The notes: a model not told the origin generated them from the letters alone. DNA of 19,251 nt from Candidatus Micrarchaeota archaeon (GCA_038046605.1 JBBSVW010000016.1:1-19251); one strand, 5' to 3'. Shown: positions 6,710-15,662, counted from the stretch's first letter. Numbers and translations: made by a program.

Positions 6710-9700
6710 ATGAACGGTCGTATTATTGGTCTGCTTGCTTTGATCCTGCTTGTGGCATTGATCACCAATCTAAACGCCACATCCACCAATCCTATTGCAA
6801 AAACTGAGCAATGTTATGATTACATCAATAATGACTTGCCGGGCGGGCATCCGGGGATTGATTGCGGCGATTATTCCTTTGGGGGAACGGTTAGGACCTG
6901 TAGCGCAGCCGAATTCCATCCAGATTCATGTCCGGACGGGAGGGCGCCAGTTTGCCTTTGGGATCAGTTGAACTATGTAAACAACCGGTATGTTACAAAT
7001 TTCAATGATTACGATGGCATTTACAAGGCCGGCTGGAAATGCTCAAGTGTTTCTATTCCAAAACCTGCTCCGGATGAGGAAATTAACGTCGAACCGGGTT
7101 ATTCCGATACGCTTGAAACCATCAGCAATGATGGAACAACCTATGGAGGTGTGGAGAATGAAAATTCCTTATCAGGCAATTTAGGTGTGGGATCTTCTAC
7201 AAGCGGAGCAACTAGCGGCACAGATTACGTTTCATCCGGCACATCGGGAAGTTCATCTGATTCAAGCACCCAATCCTCAAGCGAAAAATCACAGGAGATT
7301 GCAACCGGCCTAACTTATGATTCTACTGGCTATGGAACTGGGGAAAACGTCAATTCTGGCGCGGATGCATACGCTTACGATGAATCCGGCTACAATTCCC
7401 AGCCAAGGTATTACAACCAACCCCAGCCGGCATTCCCAATTTGCGGCGATGGGATTTGCAGCTATGGGGAGGCTTGTTTTTCCGATTGCGGATATTCCAA
7501 CACATATTACAATTACGGCTATTTTGATTACTACTACGATACCAATTACGGATATGATTATTGCTATGTGAATTCGCCAACCTACGCATACGTGGGGGAT
7601 GCAACTCCAATTCAGGTGGTTTACTACGGCTACACGCCCTATTCAGTCCAAGTGGACTGCGGCGATGGCGGATCTGCAATTGCATACCGCAATTCATTGT
7701 ATAGCAATAATGGAGTGATGTATGCATATTGCCGTTACACTTACGAGGGAATTTTCTTCCCGCAGGCATTTGCGCAAGGCACGGTTTGCTATTCGGATTC
7801 CGTGATTGTACGCGGAAGGAGTGGGGGCGGCGGGGGAAACGGAGGCAATGGCGGTGGAAATGTGGGCAGCGAATATGTCAGCCTCAATTACCCAACGGGC
7901 GGTGAAACTCTCCGGAGCGGAAATTCCATTACAATTGATTGGGCAAGCTCGGGGATTGATTATTTCAAGGTTTTCTATTCGAAAAATGGCGGATCTAGCT
8001 GGAATACGATTAGAGGCGGCCAGTACCGTTCGAATTCAGTTGGATGGACCGTCCCAGCAGGCCCTACCAGCGGGCTTAGGATTAAGGTGGAAGGCTATAA
8101 CGATAACAATGCGCTTGTTGCATATGATGAGTCGGGCGACATTACCGTAAGGAGCGGAACAATTAGCCCATCACCAAGCGCTTCACCAAGCCCAACGGTT
8201 TACCCAACGCCTTCGCCGGTTGCGGGAATCCCAAGCTGCGCGATTACCGCATTCCCAGGAGCGGTTGTGGAAGAGGATAGCTCGATTGTTACAGTTAACT
8301 ATTACGAATTGGCTAGGTCGCCAAATGCAATATCAATAGATTGCGGGAATGGGAAAACCGTGAACGCGGTAAGTTGCTATGGCACATCCGGCAGCTGCTC
8401 GGAATTTTGCAATTATGAAAATAAGGGAACATTCCATCCAAAAGCGCTAATCGGGGGGGTTGTTTGTTCCCAGGCAACAGTCACAGTAACGGAAAGCTCA
8501 TCTGAGAAATGCTCGGATGGCACATCCTTTGGGGCGTGCTCAATTAGCAAGCCGAAATATTGCGATGATGGAATACTTGTGGACCGCGCCGGAATTTGCG
8601 GATGCGAAAGCGGACTTGCGGTTAGTGGAAATAGATGCGTTTCACCAACGGGTAGCTGCAGAGTTAGCGTGAACCCATCCATTGTGAGGGCAAATTCGCA
8701 AACAGATATTTCTATAGATTACGAAGGAATTGCGCTTGGCAGCGCAAGCGCACAGGTGATTTGCGGGAATGGGCAAACGCAGGTTGCGGATTGCGAATCA
8801 ACCGATTCACTTTCGGGAAGCTGCACATCCATTTGCGCATATGGAGAGGAGAGTGCGTATCCAAAAACATTAAAGGTTAGTGCAAAAGTCAAGGGAATTG
8901 CGTGCTCAACTGCGAATGTACAAATAACCGCGCCATCTGATACGGTTGGGACATTGCTTGCAAAAGTTAGCTCATGCGAAACCGGGCAGGCGCTTACCCA
9001 TGCAAAAATCAAGATTGAAAATAATCCCGATTATTACACGGATTCGAATGGACAGTTGAAAATTTCACTTGAGCCGGACACTTACACCATAACGGCTTCA
9101 AAGAGCGGTTTCAACCAGCAAAGCGCAAGCACAGTTTTGAGGGCCGGTAAAATTTCAACATCGGAAATTTGCCTTAATACGGAAGGGTGCTCGATTTCCG
9201 CCGAATTGATTCGCGTTCCGGAAATTGATGATTCAAACCCCGTATTGCTATACCAGATCAGGGTCACTAACAATCTCAATAGCGAAAACGAAGTCGCACT
9301 GGCATACTCATCCGCATTCGATGTGGAAGGGGAGCAATTAATAGTGCTTGGACCTGGGGAGGCGCGCGTTGTCGATGTGCTAATCCGGGGGGAGAGGGCA
9401 GTTGTAGGAAGGAGCTTTGGAATGGTTTCAATTAGTGGCGAAGGAAATTGCGTAAAAAACATCGAGCTTCCAATCAAAATAGTTGGAGGGCTTAGCCTCG
9501 AATTGCAGCAAAATTTGAAGGAAACATTCTCAAATGACAAAGTGTGCTTCGATTTCCTTGTGCGGAATCGCGGAAGCAATGAAGGCACCGTTACACTCAA
9601 ATACGAAGGGGACCTTGACGGGCAGTTCAATGTCGATTCGTTCTTCCTAACTGGCAATGAAATACGGGATGGGCTGCAATTCTGCGCGGATGTGCCTTCC

Positions 9701-12259
9701 GGGGAAACGGATTCGCACACAATTAGGCTTCGCGCCCTAAGCCCAATATCGGATGCGCTAGGTTTGGTCACCGTAAAAGTGCTGGATACTGGCGATTTCG
9801 GGACGGATTTTGAGGATGGATGCATTGTAATCAATGACAATGCGGAAATGTTCCCGATAACAATTGACAACGATGTTGCGGATGGGGATTATGCGGTAAC
9901 TTTGCGGGATAATGAGGCAAATGTGCGGGTCACCCCATCGATGCTCTATAATTTCAAGAAGGGCTCAGCAAGGACGGTTTACATAAATGCGGATCCGGAC
10001 AATTTTGATTTTGGGGATTCAATGGTGCAGCTTATCCTCAAGAAGGATGGCGATGTTGCGATGCAAAGGGATATCTGCATTGCATCATACGATGGGCATT
10101 TCAACAGGAGGCAGGTCTACTCGCAGCTTTCATCAGCCACAATAAATGTGCCAAGGGGAGGAAGTGCAAGCACGACTTTGACAATCAGGAACAGCGGGAC
10201 AATAAGGGACGATTACTTCATCAGGGTGCAAACATCCCTGACAACAAGCATATCTGAAAGCTCATTTGCCCTCGATCCAGATGAGGAAAAGAAAATCACA
10301 ATCAAGGTTAGCGCCAAATCGGATGAATCCGCAAAGCGCTATTCGATACCCATAAAGATTTACTCCGGAAGGGGAAGCGGGGGCGTATATTACAATACAC
10401 AAGTTTACGATAGCGCAAACACGGGTGGAAGCGCGAATGGAAACACTGCTTTTGTCAAGTGTGGAAATGGAAAAACAGTTGCCCTGAATTGCGACGAGGG
10501 ATCCTCAAGCTGCACTGCTGTTTGCAGGTACACCGATACTGGAAGTTATACCATTGAAGGGAACATAGGCAATACGCAATGCAGGGCGGGCAAGGAGCGC
10601 GTCATACCGGAGGGATCCAAGGGCTGCGCAATTGCAACCGAATCAATGATAAGGAAGGATTCAACGGTCACCGTACGGGTCAAGTACAACAAGCTTAACA
10701 ATGAGCCATCAAATGAGCAGATACTGGTCCTTTGCGGGAATGGCGATACGGATACCGCCGATAACTGCGATGGGACATCGGGCACTTGCCAGGCAACATG
10801 CGAATATTCAGGCACAGGCACATTCACAATAAATGCCAATGCGGCGGGGGAGGTTTGCACACCTGCCGAAATCAAGGTAACGGATGAAAGCAGCTTCTGT
10901 TCCATCACAGCAAGCGGGCTTGCGGAGGAGGATGATTCCGTGAATGTCAACCTGAAATACAGGGATGTGTATTTTGGGGGGCAGTTCTTCCCATACAACT
11001 ACGGGGATGAAATGGATGGCTATTACGATACCAACGGGAATTTCCACGCCTACGATGGAAACTACAACGGGAATGGCTACAATGGCAATGGATATTACGA
11101 CAGCTCCGGGGGTTACCACTCCGGCAGCGTTTATTCCGGAAGTGGCATCCTGCTCAAGACTGAAAACCTGGTGGCAATTGTCGCAGGAGGCAGTTCAAGT
11201 GCAACAATCGAGCCGGGCGATTTAAGCCCCGATGCAATCAATGTGAAGAGGGTTGTTGCAGCGGAATTGCCAACAACTGGCAGGGCAAATGTTGCAATGA
11301 CATTCAAGAATTTGCGCGATTACAAAATTAAGGACATTTTGCTCCTTGTGGATGGGCTTCCAGCAGGAGTAAGCCTTAGGCAGGTTGCGCCATTTGAATT
11401 GGATGCCTCCAGCGAGCGTACAATATACTTCCAGTTGGAAGCTACGGGCGCAAAGGAGGGAAATTACAAGCCAAGAGTGAGGCTGAAATTCGATTCGTCA
11501 GAGGTTGTTGAGGAGTTTGACCTAAGGATCGGCCTAGAAAACGAAATCATCAAGGCGGATGCGGAAATAATTGGCATCACATACGAGGAAAGGGATGGCA
11601 ATGGCATTGCCAAGGTGGAATTTTCCGTAACCAATAAGGAGGGGAGGCCCTTGCAGGTATCGGCAATATTTAGGGACCTTCCGGATAATTGGAGCGCGGA
11701 AATAGAACCGGCACTTGGCGTGATCAAGGCGGGGGAATCATTGAACTTTTCGGCAAATGTGACCGCAATTGGCTATGAGCAACGAAGCTACACCGCCCTG
11801 CTGGAGCTAAGGAGCCCGGATGGAAGGAGGTATTCGACGCCAATTGTTTTCGAATTCCAAAAGCTCGGGCTTTTCAGCGGCCTATTTGCATTTTTTGGTT
11901 CGCTTGGGCTATTCCAGGTGCTAATCATTTTGGCGGTCGTTGCCCTCATAGCATTTGCATACATCCAATCAAATAAAAAAGATGAGGATGGCGTAAAGGA
12001 GGATACCGTTGTGTTTGGGGAGCAGGCCTCATCCAACCATCTAAAGAACATTGGCGATGAGGTGGGGGTTAGCGAAAAGAAGCAGACCACGCTTCTTGAT
12101 GTAAAAAAATTCAAGCGCAAGGGGGCTGGAAGGGGCGGGGCATACGAGGCTACGGAAGAAATTGATTCGCCAGCGTTCATAGAGATGGACCTTGCGGATG
12201 TGAATGATGAGGATGCCCTGAAAACGGGCTTCAAGGAAGACGGGGAGGAAGACGAGTAG
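6710..12259 (+). CDS. Giant Cys-rich, membrane-anchored cell-surface protein (adhesin/S-layer-associated-like), 1849 aa
   Basis: Signal peptide MNGRIIGLLALILLVALITNLNA; Cys modules (EQCYDYINND...IDCGD, CGDGICSYGEACFSDC, CSDGT...KPKYC...CGC); Ser/Gly, Tyr and Ser-Pro linkers; PTGGE-type Ig domain; carboxypeptidase-regulatory-like domain (YTDSNG...YTITASKSGF); NEW3/CARDB-like Ig repeats; C-terminal TM helix and acidic tail. Confidence 0.88.
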   Translation: MNGRIIGLLALILLVALITNLNATSTNPIAKTEQCYDYINNDLPGGHPGIDCGDYSFGGTVRTCSAAEFHPDSCPDGRAPVCLWDQLNYVNNRYVTNFNDYDGIYKAGWKCSSVSIPKPAPDEEINVEPGYSDTLETISNDGTTYGGVENENSLSGNLGVGSSTSGATSGTDYVSSGTSGSSSDSSTQSSSEKSQEIATGLTYDSTGYGTGENVNSGADAYAYDESGYNSQPRYYNQPQPAFPICGDGICSYGEACFSDCGYSNTYYNYGYFDYYYDTNYGYDYCYVNSPTYAYVGDATPIQVVYYGYTPYSVQVDCGDGGSAIAYRNSLYSNNGVMYAYCRYTYEGIFFPQAFAQGTVCYSDSVIVRGRSGGGGGNGGNGGGNVGSEYVSLNYPTGGETLRSGNSITIDWASSGIDYFKVFYSKNGGSSWNTIRGGQYRSNSVGWTVPAGPTSGLRIKVEGYNDNNALVAYDESGDITVRSGTISPSPSASPSPTVYPTPSPVAGIPSCAITAFPGAVVEEDSSIVTVNYYELARSPNAISIDCGNGKTVNAVSCYGTSGSCSEFCNYENKGTFHPKALIGGVVCSQATVTVTESSSEKCSDGTSFGACSISKPKYCDDGILVDRAGICGCESGLAVSGNRCVSPTGSCRVSVNPSIVRANSQTDISIDYEGIALGSASAQVICGNGQTQVADCESTDSLSGSCTSICAYGEESAYPKTLKVSAKVKGIACSTANVQITAPSDTVGTLLAKVSSCETGQALTHAKIKIENNPDYYTDSNGQLKISLEPDTYTITASKSGFNQQSASTVLRAGKISTSEICLNTEGCSISAELIRVPEIDDSNPVLLYQIRVTNNLNSENEVALAYSSAFDVEGEQLIVLGPGEARVVDVLIRGERAVVGRSFGMVSISGEGNCVKNIELPIKIVGGLSLELQQNLKETFSNDKVCFDFLVRNRGSNEGTVTLKYEGDLDGQFNVDSFFLTGNEIRDGLQFCADVPSGETDSHTIRLRALSPISDALGLVTVKVLDTGDFGTDFEDGCIVINDNAEMFPITIDNDVADGDYAVTLRDNEANVRVTPSMLYNFKKGSARTVYINADPDNFDFGDSMVQLILKKDGDVAMQRDICIASYDGHFNRRQVYSQLSSATINVPRGGSASTTLTIRNSGTIRDDYFIRVQTSLTTSISESSFALDPDEEKKITIKVSAKSDESAKRYSIPIKIYSGRGSGGVYYNTQVYDSANTGGSANGNTAFVKCGNGKTVALNCDEGSSSCTAVCRYTDTGSYTIEGNIGNTQCRAGKERVIPEGSKGCAIATESMIRKDSTVTVRVKYNKLNNEPSNEQILVLCGNGDTDTADNCDGTSGTCQATCEYSGTGTFTINANAAGEVCTPAEIKVTDESSFCSITASGLAEEDDSVNVNLKYRDVYFGGQFFPYNYGDEMDGYYDTNGNFHAYDGNYNGNGYNGNGYYDSSGGYHSGSVYSGSGILLKTENLVAIVAGGSSSATIEPGDLSPDAINVKRVVAAELPTTGRANVAMTFKNLRDYKIKDILLLVDGLPAGVSLRQVAPFELDASSERTIYFQLEATGAKEGNYKPRVRLKFDSSEVVEEFDLRIGLENEIIKADAEIIGITYEERDGNGIAKVEFSVTNKEGRPLQVSAIFRDLPDNWSAEIEPALGVIKAGESLNFSANVTAIGYEQRSYTALLELRSPDGRRYSTPIVFEFQKLGLFSGLFAFFGSLGLFQVLIILAVVALIAFAYIQSNKKDEDGVKEDTVVFGEQASSNHLKNIGDEVGVSEKKQTTLLDVKKFKRKGAGRGGAYEATEEIDSPAFIEMDLADVNDEDALKTGFKEDGEEDE

Positions 12260-12380
12260 GGAATTATTCCATGGTAAAAAACCAAATTCCAGGCATGCCC
12301 AGCAATATTATGGGATGCGTTTCGAAGGGGGCCATGCAAATGAAAACAAGGGGCATTTGAGGAAGGAAATGGCCGCAAAG

Positions 12381-12487
12381 CATTATAGCGGTTAAGTAAA
12401 ATATTGGAACTATGAAATAAAACCGCTATATGAGAATAAGGCAACAAAATGTTCCAATAATTGCCTTATTCGCTATAAGGGGGCAAT
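12381..12487 (+). promoter_or_regulatory. Candidate structured cis-regulatory RNA (two hairpins with complementary loops)
   Basis: P1 TATAGCGGTT (12384-12393)/AACCGCTATA (12421-12430); P2 GAATAAGGCAA (12434-12444)/TTGCCTTATTC (12461-12471); loops TATTGGAAC (12402-12410) and GTTCCAATA (12451-12459) are exact reverse complements. Function is inferred. Confidence 0.65.
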
Positions 12488-12491
12488 AAAA

Positions 12492-15400
12492 ATGAAAATT
12501 AATCTGGGATATCCATCAACAATCCTGAAAATCATTTTACTGGCACTCATAGCTTTGCCCCTGGTCAACGCCTCGGCAATTTTCCTTGATTCAACTCAGC
12601 AAAGCGCATGCGCAACTGACCAATTGGTTATTTCGGGCGTTTTGGAGAATGCAAAATCCCTCCCGGATAAATTTGACCTTCGGGTAGAAAGCGCAAGTGG
12701 GCTATCGGCATTTGTAACGCCTTCCCTTGAGCTAGATGGATATGGGGTTGAAAAATTCAACCTATTCCTATCGCCGGTATGCCTGGATGTGGGAACATAC
12801 GATTACAAGGTAATAGCGGAAAGTGCCCGGGGGGAAATTGTTTCTGAAAAAGGGGCAATTTCAATCAACGGGTGCAACCTTATGGAGCTCCGGATTTCCC
12901 AAAGCAAAACACGGGTTTGCAACGGCGAGAGCGCAAATTTTGAAATTTCAGTTGTCAATTTGGGGCAGGAGGAGCAGAACTTCACCATTACTACAGATTT
13001 GGAGGAAGGGAGCTACACATTAAGCAAGGCAAAATTCGTTTTGTTGCCAAATCAGGTGGGCAAGGCAACGCTTAAACTCAACATTCCTATTACGCTTTAC
13101 GCGCAGGGGCTTTTGACATTCCATGCGGAATCGCAAAGCACATATAGCTGCGGGAGCAATAGCAGGCAAATCGCAGCTTCAATTGAGGTTGACCGATGTG
13201 ATGGCGTAAAATTAAGCGCGCTTCCGGTAGTTACGGTGCAGGCGAACTCACAGGCCGTTTGGAACGTATTCATGGATGGGCAAAAAACGCCGGATGCATA
13301 TGATTTGTTGCTGGAATGCCCTGATTTTGCAACCCTGCCAAAAAGCAGCATTTCGCTTGGCGGGATGGAAAGCACTAAGGTCAATATCCCAATTTATCCA
13401 AGGGGGGAAACAACTGGCGAATACGACTGCAAGCTTAGCGCAACCTCGCGCAAATTCAGCAAAACATATAGTGTGGGCGCAAAAATAAAGGTGGTCCAGA
13501 ATTACGCGCTAGTGCTAGTTGCGCCAGCTGAAATTAGCGTTTGCAAGGGGGAGGATGCGCTAGTTAAAATGAAACTTATCAATAAGGGCAAGGAAAACAA
13601 ATACTCATTGGCTTCTTCGGGCGAAGTGGATCTTTCCACAAATGAAATTGTTGCAGGGGAGAATTCAACAAATGATTTCGCGGTTAAAATCGACGGGAAC
13701 GCGCTAGAAATAGGCGTTAACAAAGTGGAAGTTGAAGTTAGGAGCAAATACGCCTCGGCTAAATCCTCAACGGGGATTATAGTGGAGGATTGCTATGTTT
13801 CCGCCCTAAGTGTAACGCCAAGGGCAATTGAGATGTGCGCTGGGGATGGCATTGGCGAAACCGTTTCCATAAAGGCTGCAAATAGGGGCACTAAGGAGGA
13901 TAGCTTCGCGCTATCGATTGCGGACAGGAAGGGATTTGATGCTTTGTTCCAAACACAAGAGGCATTCAGGCTAGCAGCTGGAGGGCAAAAAACAATCGAT
14001 CTAAAACTTATGGCACCGGAGGGAATGAAATCCGGAACTTACGAAATTGAGATCGGGAGTGTGGGAGGCAATTCCAAGGAAACCGCCTCGTTCAACGTTG
14101 TTGTTTTGCCGGTTGATGTTTGCCATTCCCTGAAATTTGATGTGGACGGCATTTCAAAGAGGACCGGCGCAGGCATTGGAAAAAGCTTTAGGGTAAGCAT
14201 CACAAATAACGGCAGGTTCAAGGAAAAGGCGGAATTGTTCCTTTCAAAAAAGCCCACATGGGCGTATATCACTCCATCAATAATTGAGGTATTGCCGGGC
14301 ACGAAGGAAGAGGCGCTCATCTACTTTGCACCGCCACTCAATGAGAAACTTGGGAATAATCCAATAGTATTGGAGGCCCGTGGGAAATACATCCAAAAGG
14401 CGCTTGATTTGAACGTGGAGGTAATTGCACTCGATACCGCCATGGAAGCAAAAATCATCATTTCAGCCGGCGGGATCCCCTTCGAGCTCGAAAAGGATAC
14501 GGAAACGCCAATTCGGATCAAATTGGGGAATGACGGAGTGGAGGACCTGCATAATGTGAATATTCTTTTCTCTGAACTTGTAAACGTGGTTTCCCAAAAG
14601 CCATTTGATTTGGAGGCGGGGCAGGAAAAGGAAATCGGAATAGTGGTTTCGATTGGCGTTGATGCCGGGAAGGAGGCTAGGAAAATCAAGCTGGGCGCAT
14701 ATGCTACTGAAGGGTCGGCTGAATTGGAAATTGAAATTAAGCCAGTTGAAAGCTCACTTGAAGTAAAACAGGTTGAATCCGAAAGCGATGGAGGGGGATT
14801 CGAGGTAATTTTATCACTCAAAAATATTGGAGCGGAAAACATGAGGCTTGCGCCAAGGTCCCTTGAAGGCGCGAATTTTTCCGGGGAGGAACTTGAGCTT
14901 GCAGCAGGGGAGGAAAAGGAATTAACCATCGGCTTAAGGGAAGGCAGGGAAACGCTTTATTTTGAGGATAAAATCAGCGGGAAAGCCTATAGGAAGCGCA
15001 TTGAGGTAAGCGAAGGGGGAAATATCACCGGGCTATTTACCGCTTCATTATCGAAGGTTGCTCCGCTGATCATCGCCATAATTGCCGGCGCGCTTGCGCT
15101 TTACCTGATCGTATCTAGGAGGGGCAGGAAGGGCGAGGAAGGGGATGAGGGGCCAAAATCACCCGGAAATGGGCAAATCTATGAGGAAGCAAATGGCGAG
15201 GGTGAGGAAAAAATCGGCGAGGGGGCAAACTCAGCCGCAGAGAGCTCTGCATTCCCCGAGGAAAAACCCATCAATGACGAGGAGGAAAAAATAGTTGCGG
15301 CAGGGATGGATACGCAGGAAGGGGTTTCAAAGGCGGATGGGGCAAAAATAAAAACTGCCGTAATTCCACGCACAACCAAAAGTTGGGTATCGGCAAGGAA

Positions 15401-15572
15401 AAAGGCAAAGGCAAGAAAAGTAACCGTAACGAAAAGCTCGAGGAAGGGCCTTTATGCTAGGAGCGTCCAGTTCCCAAAATTGAGGGGGAAAATGAAAACC
15501 AGGCCATGCCATCCAAGGTATATTATGTGGAAGGGAAAGCTCCGGATGGTCAATTCTGATTTTTTATCATAA
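12492..15572 (+). CDS. Large membrane-anchored surface protein with tandem NEW3/CARDB-like Ig domains (COG1470-like), 1026 aa
   Basis: Signal peptide (IILLALIALPLVNA); repeated units of about 100 aa such as VCNGESANFEISVVNLG, VCKGEDALVKMKLINKG and MCAGDGIGETVSIKAANRG; TM helix APLIIAIIAGALALYLIV followed by RRGRK. Confidence 0.85.
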   Translation: MKINLGYPSTILKIILLALIALPLVNASAIFLDSTQQSACATDQLVISGVLENAKSLPDKFDLRVESASGLSAFVTPSLELDGYGVEKFNLFLSPVCLDVGTYDYKVIAESARGEIVSEKGAISINGCNLMELRISQSKTRVCNGESANFEISVVNLGQEEQNFTITTDLEEGSYTLSKAKFVLLPNQVGKATLKLNIPITLYAQGLLTFHAESQSTYSCGSNSRQIAASIEVDRCDGVKLSALPVVTVQANSQAVWNVFMDGQKTPDAYDLLLECPDFATLPKSSISLGGMESTKVNIPIYPRGETTGEYDCKLSATSRKFSKTYSVGAKIKVVQNYALVLVAPAEISVCKGEDALVKMKLINKGKENKYSLASSGEVDLSTNEIVAGENSTNDFAVKIDGNALEIGVNKVEVEVRSKYASAKSSTGIIVEDCYVSALSVTPRAIEMCAGDGIGETVSIKAANRGTKEDSFALSIADRKGFDALFQTQEAFRLAAGGQKTIDLKLMAPEGMKSGTYEIEIGSVGGNSKETASFNVVVLPVDVCHSLKFDVDGISKRTGAGIGKSFRVSITNNGRFKEKAELFLSKKPTWAYITPSIIEVLPGTKEEALIYFAPPLNEKLGNNPIVLEARGKYIQKALDLNVEVIALDTAMEAKIIISAGGIPFELEKDTETPIRIKLGNDGVEDLHNVNILFSELVNVVSQKPFDLEAGQEKEIGIVVSIGVDAGKEARKIKLGAYATEGSAELEIEIKPVESSLEVKQVESESDGGGFEVILSLKNIGAENMRLAPRSLEGANFSGEELELAAGEEKELTIGLREGRETLYFEDKISGKAYRKRIEVSEGGNITGLFTASLSKVAPLIIAIIAGALALYLIVSRRGRKGEEGDEGPKSPGNGQIYEEANGEGEEKIGEGANSAAESSAFPEEKPINDEEEKIVAAGMDTQEGVSKADGAKIKTAVIPRTTKSWVSARKKAKARKVTVTKSSRKGLYARSVQFPKLRGKMKTRPCHPRYIMWKGKLRMVNSDFLS

Positions 15573-15650
15573 TTGCCTAATTCTAAATTATGTGCCATTT
15601 ACATCCCATTATTTTTTTCCATTATCCTGCCTTATTGCACCCAAAATAGC

Positions 15651-15662
15651 AACCAATTTATA
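15651..15662 (+). promoter_or_regulatory. BRE/TATA of dcd (probably leaderless)
   Basis: AACCAA-TTTATA ending 21 nt before ATG 15684; no clear RBS. Confidence 0.5.

Noticed and set aside
9082-9870. 262-aa minus-strand ORF, and similar ORFs at 11788-12447 and 14321-14929
   Set aside because: Antisense shadows of the surface-protein genes with Ser-rich mirror composition.
10973-11146. AAC/TAC-rich tract as a diversity-generating retroelement repeat
   Set aside because: No second near-identical copy differing at adenines and no reverse transcriptase in the window.
12260-12491. Spacer as tRNA, SRP RNA, RNase P RNA, hammerhead ribozyme or CRISPR
   Set aside because: No cloverleaf or T-loop, no SRP helix-8 motif, no RNase P conserved regions, no CUGAnGA/GAAA core and no repeat-spacer periodicity.
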